Source of the DNA: Felis catus
Lineage: Eukaryota
Direction: 5' to 3'
DNA: 64,000 nt
NCBI RefSeq assembly: GCF_018350175.1
Contig: NC_058368.1
Span: 43,402,001 to 43,466,000 of the forward strand
The translations under genes and the position numbers were made by a program. The notes under the pieces are model-generated. The model was not told where the DNA came from and ran no database searches. It saw nothing but the letters and a program-made list of their open reading frames with translations. Positions 1-13,401 of the stretch are shown piece after piece (the stretch's first letter is position 1; the number at the start of each line of letters is the position of its first letter).

Positions 1-422
1 GGCCTCGTCAGTTTGCTTATCTAAATTTTTTGAATGTGAAGTTATTGAAGTAAATACTACTAAGAATGTTCCCTCTCCTAAAATTCAATGATTTAATAAT
101 ACTAGTCAGTGTAATATTTTGCACTGTGGATCCACAAGAGGATTCTGACATTCTCTATAGCCTATGGGTATCTAAATACATCATTGAACATTAGACTTCT
201 ACCTTAATTTGTTGTGTTCTTGCATCCCCCATCTCTTGACTAAAAACATGTATTTCTACATGATTGGCTTTATTGTTTAATTTGAAGGCAGCATTTATGA
301 CTGCCAATTCCGAATATCTTCAGTGAGTTCTAATTTCCATCTACCTATGCTGGCCCTCCTCCCCATTTCATGACAATTTATTAAATAAGAAAAATTCAAG
401 TTAATATTAGCCTAGTTATATT

Positions 423-506
423 GAACATTTTTTAATGTTTATTTTTATTTTTGAAGGAGAGAGAGAGAGAGAGATGGAGCTTGAGTGGGGGAAGGGCAGA
501 GGGAGA

Positions 507-553
<47 letters not shown>

Positions 554-693
554 GGGGGCTCCAGGCTCCGAGCTGTCAGTACAGAGCTGGACATGGGGCT
601 TGAACTCACACTGTTTTTAGAAAGACACAAACTGTGAGATCATGACCTGAGTGGAAGTCAGATGCTTAACCGACTGAGCCACTCAGGTGCCCC
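423..693 (-). mobile_element. Can-SINE (SINEC_Fc-like) with internal (CA)n
   Basis: Reverse complement of the head ggggcacctgagtggctcagtcggttaagcatctgac, (CT)n region and A-tail. TSD tagcctagttatatt (408-422) / taggctagttatatt (694-708). Confidence 0.95.
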
Positions 694-1779
694 TAGGCTA
701 GTTATATTTTAAAGAAACTATATGTTAAATCCCAAATTCTGTAACAGATATCTTTTTAATTATTAACATGTCAGTGCTATTCTTTATGAATGTTTTATAA
801 ATAGAAAAATTATCACTTTTTTGGTATATATAATTTCTAGTGTTTCTTTCACTTTAGTTTCAATCATGGTCAAGCAACTTTGAAACCCAATTTTTGTTTA
901 AGGAAATGCCAGAACATCTGTTGGTAAAACAAGGAAATGGAAGGGATTCTGGGGTAGGATTAGTCTCAGAATTGTACTTTAGGACTTGATGTAGGCATAA
1001 ATAAATGGAATTTTTTCATCTCTGAAGATGCCAATGTATAGAACAAATTTTTCTGCACCTGTAACTTAAAAGGAACATCTTTCATTAAAAAAAGCTAAAA
1101 CTAAAAGCTTTGATAAAAAATAAATCGGAATAGAAATTATTAAAACAAACTGTGTCAAGTTTCTATTAGAGGCTCATCCAACATTAATTGTAAACTTTTT
1201 GGTATAACATTTAAGTTTTCTTTAATTATTAATATTTGGTCTCAACCTACCATGCCAGCTGAAACTTCTAATACTCCATTCATATAATTTATATTCAGAG
1301 GCCTCAAGTTCAATTTCCCACAAAGTCAGCAAATAATAGAATAAGTGAACTATCCAATGTTTGTTTCATAATGGTGATTCAAGTGCATATTAAAGTTAGA
1401 TAAAGAGAAATACTTTTCACTTCCCTAATTTCTCTTGTTTTTCCTTACTATTTAATATTTTCATATATTGACACAAAAGATACTTCAAATTCCTGTTTAA
1501 TGTTTGAAAAAGGAAAGAAAGAAATTAGTGCAGGGTTGGTGATAAACAATGTCAAAGAACAAAAGGAAATATTGGAGACTTTAGTAAAAAAAGAATGAAT
1601 GCTTCATGTAAAAGACACGTGTGCTTCTGGGATCCAGACAAATATTGTTATGAGGTAATATAATTCTGATGTTATAGGGTCTTCCAAAACTTTAGGAATA
1701 TACAAAGATCTGTTTCAAAGACATGAAACAGTGCTGGTATCTGGGGTCAAGAACTATAGACAGAAGAAGGTATTAGTGT

Positions 1780-1957
1780 ATAAGATGATATGTTGAAGGA
1801 AGGGCAAGAAAACCAAAGTGACTACAGCAAAGTGAAAGAAATGGGCAATGAAGTTAGAGAAGTAAAGTTATGGTATGGGCAATTCTTACAGATTCCTGTA
1901 GTAAATCGTAAGGAATGTAGTTTGTTTCTGAATGAAATAGGGATCCATTGAAGAGTG
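1780..1957 (-). mobile_element. L2 fragment
   Basis: Degenerate similarity to antisense L2 (…gtaaggaatgtagtttgtttctgaatgaaatagggatccattgaagagt). Confidence 0.5.
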
Positions 1958-3053
1958 TAATTTTTTTTTTTCTAAGTGGAGTCTCAAGCTTTTAAAGGTT
2001 GGCAACTATATACTTTTGTGTGTGGGTGGGGGAGAAGGGGGTCACTGAGAGTAAATCTCAACATGCTTATGTGCAGCAAAATTCAAGTTTGTGATTTCTG
2101 CTATGAAATTTTTTTATTGCATCATCCTTTCATAATTATATTTTGCATTTTGTATATTATTTTTCTTACATTAAAAATATTTCCTCCCAATATTTTAAAT
2201 TGAATTGTTATGATACCTATTTCTGTTTACCAGTTAATTTAGAAGATTACCCAGTCTTACCTACTAGGACATCAAATTTTTCCTCCTTTCCATTTTATGC
2301 ACCCCGGGCCAAACCTTGCTCTTCTGTGTGACTTTCGCTCCTAATTAGACTCCTAGCAATTACCCTTTAGCCTGCTTACTTGCACTTGATGTTGAGTGGA
2401 TACCTTGATGTTCATTGATACCTGTTACCCCTCCCAGCATGAGCATCTTTTCCTGACACCTCTTGGTCTTCCAATTCTCCTATTATAAATATCAATTCTT
2501 CAATCAACTTCTCACAGGTTTGGCACTCTCTTGTGAAAGGAAGGAAATTAATCCACCCTGTTCCATTGAAAATTTCCACTGACCAAAAATGGACTTACGA
2601 AAATATTTTTTTAAAAAGTGTAAATACAGGTAGCTTTGGAATAGTTCAGTGTTATCAATAACATTATATTCTTTTTCAGTTTACAGAATTTTGCCTGTAT
2701 AAAATGGAACAGCCATACTTTTTTATATGGGACACTTTTATAAGAAATATGATCTTAGAATTTAAATGAAAGAGACATTTAAGAACTCCTGCTTCTAAAT
2801 TTTCAACTACATGATCAAGAGTTATCACATATATAATTATACTTAGGGCAGTCAACTTGCCCCAGGCAATCAGTGCCAGAGCTAGTCTTTGAATTTTGCT
2901 AATAATTCATTTTGCTACTGATAAGACAATATCTTGTTCTCAATTAACATGCATAAATTATTACTTACCTGCTTCATTTGAAAATGAATTAGATTAAATG
3001 AAACTATTTTCAGTATTTACTAAATAAGACGTTTTAAAATTTTGGGATTTGGG

Positions 3054-3398
3054 GAATGTCAGGGCAATCTGGCTGCAACATCTGTCACTCCATTGATTGC
3101 CAGGGTTTATTTGGCTTATCTGGCTGGCTAGGTGGGCATCCCTTGTCCCTCCCCACTCCATATGTACCCCACACCCTTCCAGAAGTTGTGCACTTGGTCA
3201 GTTGAAGACGGCCTTTGCTGAGAGAAGAGGAATGTTCATGGTCAGGGGTATAAGAGTAGCTGCATTCCTGTGCTAGAACCTCCAGACAAGCTCTCAAGAT
3301 CCATTTGGAGGAGAATGTAGGGTAGTCAAGCTTCCAAGACTCATCCAAGTGAGGTGCTGCATTGGCAATCTGCCTTTCTTTAAAAAAGAAAAAAAAAA
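3054..3398 (+). pseudogene. RN7SK: 7SK snRNA processed pseudogene, full length
   Basis: Colinear with 7SK from gaatgtcagggcaatctggctgcaacatctgtcac through gctagaacctccagacaagctctcaag and gtagggtagtcaagcttccaagac to ggcaatctgcctttcttt (3381). A-rich tail at 3382-3398. CpGs decayed to TG/CA. Confidence 0.95.
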
Positions 3399-6300
3399 TA
3401 TATAGTATTTTGGAAATAAAACAATAGTGGATTCCACCTTTGTGAAAATGAGTTGCTAACCATTTACATAAGAACTATACTCTAAAGGAAATCCTGAATC
3501 AATATAAAGCAGTAGAGATTTTTCCCCTATAGTGTGAAACTGCATAGCACATGAATGACATATCATTATGTAAAGTATGAATTAAAGAAATAGCATAATG
3601 ACCAATTTCTTAGTAGAGTTTCAATTTTAGTAAAATAGGCTTATTTTAAACATGTCTTTCTGAACATGATTATGTATAAGAACAATAGATGTTCTGGAAT
3701 CATTCACTTTGAAATCAAGACATTTTATGGAAATCCAGAAATTATTTTTAAAATAACAAAAATGGTATCATAACAAAATACATTCACCAGATTATATATA
3801 GAGGATACAGATATTTTACAAAATACACATGAAATGTGAAATGCTTTCACATTACTTTTGAATGACTTCTTTTGCAATTGTTTCAAAAGTTTGCAGTTAA
3901 CTGTTTTATTATTGCTGCTCGTTTTTATGCGTATAAATTAAAAGGTCTATGCTTAAAAGCAAAGATGCTTACCTCAAATCTTGATGACATGTTAAGTGAA
4001 ACCATGCAATTTGAGTTTATTTTAACATGGAAAATCTAATGAATGAGAGAACTAATCCCAGTAACAAGAGATCAGATTATTATTATCAAGAAAATAATGC
4101 TAGATGACTTTTCAATATAAGAGGTTATTATTCAGGAAGTGTTAATAATCTGATTGAATTCTTACAGCTGTTGAAATCACAAGGACTGCTTTTTCTTAAG
4201 TGATTTATTAGTGCCTCATCCTCATCTTGGCATGGCATTATCCTCTTCTGTAGCTTTGGTCTCAAAAAGCTAAAAAATACCTTGGAGAGAATAGAATGTT
4301 TGGAGACTTGTTGGTACTTCCTGCATATATCTCTCCTTTTCTTTTTTTGCCCTAATCTTATCTTTGTTTATCATTAATTTACATATTATTATCTTAATTA
4401 CAAGTTAGTAATTTAATATCAATTAAAAATAAATTCAGTTGCTCTATTTGAAATTATTTTTTAAAAAAGATATTTTCTTTTGCAAATTATGAGAGACTTA
4501 GATTCTGTGAAATTGCTACTCTTTTTAATATATGGTATACTTTTGCCATGAAAATACAAAATCAGCCCGGGTCTGAGGCTGTTTAGGAAATATGTTTATC
4601 TTTATATACAGGCCTTTTTGAGCAAATTTTACTGAAACTTCAGACCTAGGCTAAAAGACAAGGGATAGAAGTTAATTTATAACTCATTAGCTAGTAAGAA
4701 AGATACAGACATTTTCTTCTTCAGAAATATAAATCTGATTTCACAAGGGGGTGTGACTGGGAACAGGAGACATTCCCTGGCTTGTGAAGTTGGAAACACT
4801 GGTATTACATCTCTCCTGAAGAAATACATTTGCATTCCAAAGAGTGAGGTCCAGGATCTTTCACCTTACATTTCCAAAAAAAGACTCTCTGAAGGGGATG
4901 GGAGAACTTTCCTATGTAAATGTCGAGATCTATCTTTTTGTGGTTTCTTTCCTATATAAAATTCAGATTTTTTTTCCTTGGTCCCTCACTTACAATACAG
5001 ACCTTGTATATGTACATTGACATCTGGTTTTCATTGTACCACATCAGTAGTAAAAATTGGGGCACAAAAGAATCACAGTTTTTATTTGCTGTGTGTAAAT
5101 AATAATAATCTGCTCTGACCAAGAAACTTCATGCAAATATCTAGGATTATAATAAAATATAGATATTAAAAAGCTAACACCTAGTGTCACAAATATTCTC
5201 TGACATTGAAATTAGAAGTCATGGTCTTAAAACACAATATTATTACTTCCTAGTTGTATTATCTTGCACAGTTGCATTTTAGAAAAACTTTCTTGGGTTT
5301 TAGTTGCTTTGTAAGATAATCATTTTTACAGTGCAATTGTAAGGTTAAATGAAAGAGCATTTGTTAAAAATTGTCATTCCTCAAGAACTATATGGAGAAT
5401 GGGAAATATAATAATGACAACAATGATGATATTGATGATAGACAATACGTTGAAATTATTTGGTAAATTACCTTCATTTATCCAAAGTCTTAAGAGGATC
5501 AGAAAAAATATTTGATATTGGCACTTTTTTTCTCTTCTTCTTCCTTCAAAATCCAAGCTCTTGAAATTAGATTAGTGCACATATTAAACCACTAAAATAT
5601 CGTCAAGCAAAAGGCCTGTACATAATTAACAGTCTATAAATGGATTTGTATGTTGTCTATTTTGATGTGATGAATAGTTAGAAAGAAAAACATCATAACT
5701 TTTTTCAAATGATATTTGAAGATAAAACAGTTGAGCAGAAAGTTATGTCAGTCCCAGATGTCTGGTTTTGAGAAAAGCCTTACTTTGGACACATGGAGCG
5801 AATCACTACTGTTCTAGTCACTTCTAAATGAGCTTTATTAGAAATATTTGATTTAGCATTATGATCGTTTCAATAGTAAATATACTTCATGTTGACTAAT
5901 CAGCATAAGAAAATGAATTTAATTGAAACTGAGAAGAGGTGTAAACATAAAATATGAGAAGAAGTAAAGCAATAAAGTTAATAATTTGAGAGGAGAATAA
6001 AATTTCCTCTATCATGTAGGCATTTCATAGACAGATGTCTTTTTTTTGCTGTATTTTGTATTTTGCTTGATTTATATTTTTTCCTTGTTTTACTTTTATT
6101 GTAATTCTCATCTTTATGGGAAGATACTGGTTCCTGGGAAGCAATTTATACAAAATGAAAGAGAATTCAGGTTATTTAATTTTAAATACAAATGTTAAAT
6201 TTCAAGAGTGTTAGAAAAAGTTATACTAATATCTTAAAACATATCCACCTCCCTATCCATACAGACTAACAATCAGAAACATACAATGAATAATGCTTTA

Positions 6301-6658
6301 AAATCACTTAGACCCTTTTTTGTTGTTGTTGTTGTTGTTTATCTGTTGAAAAGCAAAGGAAATATCTATGAGGGTTTTTTCAATTTATATCATAGAATGA
6401 ATAAATTAAGGATATGCAAACAAGAGAAAGGAAAGACCCCAAAAGTACTCTATATGTCATGAAAGCTGCCCATCTGGGAATGGTGAGAGAATGGGAAATG
6501 TGGAGAATTGAAGCTAAAATCTGTTTACATTTTTAGTATATCTAGGTACGGCCTAATATTTTATGTAGTTTAAAAGGCTGCAAATTAGATTATACCTATA
6601 AGATATAGAATAAAACCCTAAGATTGGATACTTTGGGTTTCTCTTAAAAAAAAATGTA

Positions 6659-6872
6659 GGGGCAACTATGTGGCTCAGTCGGTTAAGTGGCCCACTTCGG
6701 CTCAGGTCATGATCTCATGGTTCAGAGTTTGAGCCCCATGTCCAGCTCTGTGATGACAGCTCAGAGCCTGGAGACTGCTTCGGATTCCGGGTCTCCCTCT
6801 CTTTCTGCCCCTACCTCTCTCTCTCTTTCTCTCCCTCTCTCTCTCTCAAAAATAAATAAACATTAAAAAAAA
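6659..6872 (+). mobile_element. Can-SINE (SINEC_Fc-like)
   Basis: Head ggggcaactatgtggctcagtcggttaag, (CT)n, tail aataaataaacattaaaaaa. Confidence 0.95.
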
Positions 6873-8906
6873 TCCAGAGAAATATGTTAGATTTTGGTCT
6901 ACTGAAACTAAATTGTTGTCTGCAGAAACATTCCGAAATAATTTCCTTTGAAATTGACACACTTCAGATTAATTGCCAACTTCTCTCCTGCTGAAACCAG
7001 CCCCAAAAAACCCCTCCTAAAACAACAGATATTTACATGCTAAAGGCAAATGGAAAAATTCATTTTTTTTTCTTTTCCTCCCCTTATTTGGTATAAATTT
7101 CCACATCCTGAAATATCATAATATCTAGGGCATATTGACTGGAAAGCCACAGAGTTTTCTTTTCCCTGAATTTTTACTTACTTCAAGTAGTATAGTAGGA
7201 TACCATCATCAAAGTGTGATGGTTCACTGTATGTGGGCTAAAGAGATTCACATGTATCCCAAAGGCACATTTTTACTTAGGTACAGAAAGTAGGCTGATT
7301 AAATTGCTACATATTTAATCAGTTTTTAGAGTTTTGTAGTCCTAAAAGGTATTAAAAAATAGTAGTATCAATGAATTATGTTAGTCATAGGCACACGTTT
7401 TACAATAACAGAACTGAATCACTTGTAGCTCTCTGTAGGCCAAAAATTAATACTAATAATAAATCCATTTGTTCAGTTGCTACTAGTGCTGACACAGCCT
7501 AAATTAGACGTGGCATAGATAAACAAACAAATTCTATCCCAGAAAAATTGTTCCAATATATATAATGTTCATCTGCTTAAAGCAGTGATGTGTTTGGGGC
7601 ACAGTCCTCAGGACATCAACTTCCAGGGCTGACTATACCATTAGGACTCATATTCTTGTTTTCATTTGCTTAATTGCTTTTAATTACAGTGTGGCTTGTC
7701 TTGATTTATATATATATATATTTTTCCAAGGATAACACGTTTATTTTAATAATGCTACCTTTGACACTATTTGTACATGTATTTAAAAGTAACTTTCATC
7801 TTGTGGGCTCCATTACAAATTGGGTACTGAACCACCCTTGTCAGTAAGTGACAAAGCTGTTAACATCAAAAGTTGGCAAATCCCACCATCAGTGAAGGGT
7901 TATTTTACTTTGTATTTGGAAAAATAACTAAACATTTAAATTTCTCATTGTACACCTATACACTGGTTAAGTTTGAACACCTTAAATTAAACAAAGATAG
8001 ATTTCATACATGTAAGTATTATATTATTATAGGTATACCTATTTTAAAAGGATAAAATTGTAAAGTTTGACAGGGTATTATTGATTTCAGTACTTAACTT
8101 CAACAAACTTGGTTCCAAAGTGTTTAGAAAACTATTGAGAACAATTTATTAAAAACAATTCGGCAAGGTATGCTTGAATGCAATTACAGTTATAAAGCAA
8201 TAGTGGTGACAAGTGGGGAAGTGTATGTTGAATGAGTACTATCTGTTCTACAATAGATATATTACTATTTTAGTCTCTTTGAGTTGTTGTAACAAACTAC
8301 CATAGACTGGTTAGCTTATGAACAATAGAAATTGTTTTGAACAATAATTTCTGGCCTTAATGGAGATGGTTGACTAATCTGATCAAGTGATTATTTGGCT
8401 ATACCCTCATGTTTTACAATATGGATAGGCTGACAATTGTCCAAATCTTTACATTCTCATTCCTTTCTGGTTAACAGTTCCACCTTAAGTCTTTTATTTC
8501 CTCAAATTTCACAGTAAGCAATCAGGAAGAAGAAGGCCACTCTTGCGACACTTTGCTTACAAATTGCTTCAGCTAAATATCCAGTTTCTTTGCTCTCAAG
8601 TTCTACCTTCCACAGAACACTAGAACATGACAATTTAGCCAAGTTCTTCATCACTTTTTAACAAGGATGACCTTTCCTTCGTTTTCCAATAACATATTCC
8701 TCATAGTGACCTTTCCTCCATTGTCCAATAACATATTCCTCATATTTACCTGCAACTTCATCAGAATAACCTTTACCATACATATTCCTAGCAATATTGT
8801 ATTCAGGATTACTTAGGTATTCCCTAAAACAATTGAAACTTTCTCTTTCTTTTTCTTCTAAGCTCTCACCAGAATCATTCTTAGAATTTTTTTTAGGATT
8901 TTATTT

Positions 8907-9124
8907 ATTTATTTAAAAAAATTAATGTTTATTTATTTCTGAGAGAGAGAGACAGAATGTGAGTGGGAGAGGGGCAGAGAGAGAGGGAGACACAGAATCT
9001 AAAGCAGGCTCCAGGCTATGAGCTGTCAGCACAGAGGCCACTGCGGGGCTGGAACTCACAAACCATGAGATCATGACCTGAGCTGAAGTCAGATGCTTAA
9101 CCAACTGAGCCACCCAGATGCCCC
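8907..9124 (-). mobile_element. Can-SINE (SINEC_Fc-like) inserted in the tail of an older SINE
   Basis: Typical body. TSD aggattttattt (8895-8906) / aggattttactt (9125-9136). Confidence 0.93.
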
Positions 9125-9228
9125 AGGATTTTACTTTTAACTAGTCTCTACACCCAAAGTAGGGCTCAAACCCACAACCCAGAGTCCAAGAGTCCCATAC
9201 TCCACGTACTGAGCCAGCCAGACGCTCC
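9125..9228 (-). mobile_element. Short old Can-SINE (SINEC_old-like, no CT tract)
   Basis: Minus strand reads ggagcgtctggctggctcagtacgtggagtatgggactctt…tttgagccctactttgggtgtagagact. Outer TSD ctcaccagaatcattctta (8865-8883) / ctcactagaatcactctta (9228-9246). Confidence 0.85.
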
Positions 9229-10217
9229 TCACTAGAATCACTCTTAATGGTATTCTTGGCAATGTAGGCTTTTTGCATCATGCACTTCCAGTTTTTTCCA
9301 GGCTCTACCCATTACCCAGTTCCAAAGCTGCTTCCACGTTTTTAGGGATTTGTCAGAGTAGTACCCCACTTTTGGTAACAATTTCTGCCTTAGTCTGTTT
9401 AAGCTGTTAAAGCAAACCTCCATAGACTGGGTGGCTTATAAATAGCAAACATTCATTTTTCACTGTTCTGGAGGCTGGGAACTTTAAGATCAAGGTGCTG
9501 GCAGATTTGGTGTTTGGTGAAGGCTTGTTTCCTGGTTCTTTCTATGGTGGAAGGGACAAGTGAGCTCTCTGTAGTTTCCATTTAAAGGACTCTAGTCTCA
9601 TTTCTGAAGATTCTGCTCTTATTACCTAATCATTTCCAAAGGCCCCATCTTCAAATACCATCGAAGTAGGGAAGGTTTCAACATATGAATTTTGAGGGGG
9701 ACACATTTAGTCTATAACAATTAACATTATTATCCAAAAATTTTTAAATAATATGTGTTCTTATAGAGTTAAGCAAACTGAGCTGTTAAAGGGATATACC
9801 TAGAACCAGTTAGTAATTGATAGCAATAAAATTTCAACTCAGGTATGTCTAACTGTAAGCCTACAATATTTTCCTAATACTATGCTGCATTTTCATACTC
9901 TAACCAGGGCACAAATGGATGTTGATTTTTAAATTTTCTTTTCCTACACGTAACGAACTGTAGCACAATATCTCTCTGGAAAATAACCTAATAACCTATG
10001 CATTGCTTATAAAAGCCTTATACAAGTGAATTGCATGATGAAATTCTAAAACTAGAGCTGAAATACTTTATTTTCCTAGGTAAACTGAAATAAAGACAAC
10101 TGCTTTGCAATATGATAAATGGAAACCATTTTTGACATCAAATTGTTTATCTTGCTATTTGAAAATGTGCTCCTTATTCTCAAATATTCACTCATTCCAA
10201 TGAAATCTTTCATTAAA

Positions 10218-10220
<3 letters not shown>

Positions 10221-10271
<51 letters not shown>

Positions 10272-10285
10272 CACACACACACACC
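10221..10285. repeat. (TA)n(CA)n microsatellite
   Basis: Direct observation. Confidence 0.98.
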
Positions 10286-11529
10286 TCAGAATAGAAATAT
10301 AATTGCATAGTATTTTGTATTTAAGCGCTTTGAACTGTAGAAAATGTTTCATTTATTCAGCTTGGTATGTTGTATAAGGACTGCCAAGAAGTGGCTACAC
10401 AGACCCATCAAAATATACGAGAAAATATCCTAAAAAAAGCAATACTCCCACTTAGATAAGGGCTTCCAAACCTGGGAGTCTCAGGAGTCCTTCAGATTTC
10501 AAAAGAAAAGCATCATGTTTACAGGGCTTTGTATCCTGGCTACTTCTCCTTACGGCAGCATTTATCTAAAGGATTTAAGATCTAGAACTGCAGCCTTGTA
10601 GCCAGGTTACAATTATTCCTCCAGGTTAGCAGCACCGTGTCTGCTTGTATCCCACTGCTCCCAGTGGGATCTTTCAGTAAAAGGAAGCCCTACACAGATG
10701 CTGATTATTCACCATACCTTGCCCTGGCTGCATTCTGTCACCTCCAAGACATGAATTAACTCCTTTTTACTGAACAATTAGGAAAAAGGAAGGGAGATAG
10801 AGAGGATAGGGTAAACAAGTAAGACAGAGAAAAATATCCTGGGCTTCATAGATGTGCTGTGTGAAGTTTATTTCTCTCCAAGCACTTACCTTATCAGAGT
10901 TGGTCACTATTTTTGGTGGAAAGTATAAATTCAGCTATTGATTTAACTAAAGAGAGTTGAGATGAAGTTTGGTTATGCAGATGAAAAAAAAAAATCAGAT
11001 TCAGGAGAGACTCAGCTAAAGTGAAAATGTGTGTCAAAAAGACCACAAAAGAGAATCTGCAAAGGGAATAAAATGTTTAAAATGGGAGGGTGATGGATTC
11101 ACAAGAGAGAATTCATATTCAATGCACAGTTAACTAAAATCTTAAGTGTTTCATAATGTAAGAAAAGAAACAACTTTTAGTCAGTGTAATAAATGATTTT
11201 TACTCCTAGTGATGGTGCTTCGCCACTGCTTAGGTTACACTCTTTAGTAAAAAATATAGTTCCATTTCAGATTTCTTTTTCAAGGACAGAGAGTTACTGC
11301 ATTATAAGATTATAAAATATCAGGTTAATATTAAAATATAAATTTATATGGGGAGAAACTATTGTTTTCTTAATGCAAAATAATTCTAATATTTATTTTT
11401 TGTAAGATGTGACATAAGTGTATGAGACAAAAATAGGGGCAAAAATACCAATATGCTGTTAGAAAGCCGTATTTTTATTCTCTGACTTGAGGAAATAACT
11501 TGATGTTAAAAAATGTAACGTAATTGGAA

Positions 11530-11765
11530 AAGAAAGCTTTTAGTCAGAGTATCATTTGTTCAGATCATAGCTCTGTTACTTATTTGTGATCATGTGCAAA
11601 TTATTCCAGCTCTAGGTTTAATTTTCTTATTTTAAAGGGGATACTAAATAGAACCAATCCCTTATAATCATTTCTGAGAGATAAATGAGATAATGCATAA
11701 AAAGCTTCTGACACAGAGGCTGACCAGAAGAAGAGTGTATACCTAAACATTTATAATCATCATTG
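11530..11765 (+). mobile_element. MIR
   Basis: MIR-like motifs gctctgttacttattt…gtgcaaattatt…aaatgagataatgcataaaaagctt. Confidence 0.7.
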
Positions 11766-11789
11766 CCATTATTATTTTAAATGCTATTC

Positions 11790-12420
11790 ATTGCACATGC
11801 AAATCTTTATCCCTAATCTTTCCTTTGAGCTATATATAGACTTCAGTGTCCAACTATCTGTTGAAAAGTCCCAGTTGGGTACGAAATACAGAATCCATAT
11901 TAAGTATATCTGAAACATTAAATTCTCACTCCTGCCTAATCTTCTTCTGAGGAGGGGATCCTTCTTCGCATCTTGCTGAACGATACCACCATTCTGCATG
12001 TTGCTAACACCCAAAACAGATTGATTCTTGGTCCTTCTCTTTTTCTCATTATGCAGATCCAGTCTATCAGCAAATCCTATTAGCTCTGGTTCCAAAATAT
12101 AGCCTGTATCAAGCCAGTTCTCACCAATTCAACTGAAAACCACTAAACTAGTTTCTTTCGTATTGACTTACACAACAACTTTAAAACTAATACTCTTCTC
12201 ACCAGTTTTTCACAACCACATTTTCCACACAGAAGCCTGAAAACTTTCTAATATGTGCATACTATTGTTTCCATTTCTAATCACAATTATATTGAATTCC
12301 TAAATATTCATCATGATCAACAGGAGCAGCCATTACCATTTGCCTCCTTCACTGCATGATCTTCTAACACTCTCTCCTGTGATCTCAGTGTTCCAATCAC
12401 ATCAACCTTCCTCCACTCCC
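11790..12420 (+). mobile_element. L2 fragment
   Basis: L2-like motifs such as atccagtctatcagcaaatcctattagctctggttccaaaatat. Confidence 0.7.
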
Positions 12421-12467
12421 TTTATCTCTCATATAGCTTATTTCCTCTTCTCTTGAGTATTGATTCT

Positions 12468-12700
12468 AATGCTTATTGGGTGCTTATATGTTCCAGACAC
12501 TGTTCATAATACTTTATGCAATTGAATTCATTTAATCCTTATAATATTCTAAGAAAGAACTACCATTTTCAGCATTATTTTACGTGATATGAATTTAAGT
12601 CCTGGAGGAGTTAATAATTTATCCAAGGTCACAAAATTGTAAATGAGACACTGTAAATTCAAAACCTGAACATTGTTTTCCAGAGCCTGCATTCTTCACT
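12468..12700 (-). mobile_element. MIR
   Basis: Antisense MIR motifs ttattgggtgcttatatgttccagacactgttc…tcatttaatcctt…tatccaaggtcaca. Confidence 0.75.
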
Positions 12701-13240
12701 TGTACCATATACTATATAATTTTGTATTTATTTTTCAGAGGCCTGCAGTTCTACATTGCTTTCTTGAAATTTTTAGTCATGTGTTTTCTTAATATATTGT
12801 AGTAAAGGTACTCTGGTTTTGTTCTTCTTCAAGGTTGCCTAGACTATTTGGCCCTCTGAATTTCCATGTAAATTTAAGAATCCGTTTTTCAGATTTGACC
12901 AAAACTTCTTGAATTTCAACCACAATTACAGTGAATCCATGCATTAATTTGAAGAGAGTTGAGACAACTACCATATTGAGTTTTTTAAAGCATGAGCATG
13001 CTATATACCTGTTTGATTCATTTGTATCTTAAGTATTTCTCTTACAAATGTTTTATAGTCTTCAGTACGGAAATCTTGCATACCTTTTGTTAAATGTATT
13101 TCTAAGCACTCAGTACTTTTGATGCTATATTTTTTTAGCCTTCACTTTGCACTTATTATTGATACATAGAAATGCAGTTGTTTTTTAGATATTGATTATA
13201 TATTCAGCAATCGTGTTAAATTCACTTATTCAAATAAAAT

Positions 13241-13243
13241 TTT

Positions 13244-13291
<48 letters not shown>

Positions 13292-13331
13292 TCCTTCCTT
13301 CCTTCCTTCCTTCCTTCCTTCCTTCCTTCCT

Positions 13332-13379
<48 letters not shown>

Positions 13380-13388
13380 TCCTTTTTC
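13241..13388. repeat. (TTTC)n/(TTCC)n compound tetranucleotide repeat
   Basis: Direct observation. Confidence 0.98.
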
Positions 13389-13401
13389 CATACAGTAAAT
13401 A

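Larger units (their letters stand above)
8266..9719 (-). mobile_element. MaLR (MLT1A/B-like) provirus remnant: 5' LTR 9386-9719, internal sequence, truncated 3' LTR ~8266-8345
   Basis: LTR reads tgttatagactaaatgtgtccccctcaaaattcatatgttgaa on the minus strand. Internal region starts gaaattgttaccaaaagtgggg. The motif catagactgg…gcttat is shared by both LTR copies. Possible 5-bp TSD attac/attaa. Confidence 0.8.

Noticed and set aside
3085..3348. 87-aa minus-strand ORF
   Set aside because: It is the antisense of the 7SK retrocopy.
6659..6740. tRNA-like A/B boxes as tRNA genes
   Set aside because: They are the tRNA-derived heads of Can-SINEs, followed by (CT)n and A-tails.
10890..10946. Minus-strand segment with acceptor and strong GTAAGT donor
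   Set aside because: Stops in all three frames and no other support; likely a pseudo-exon.
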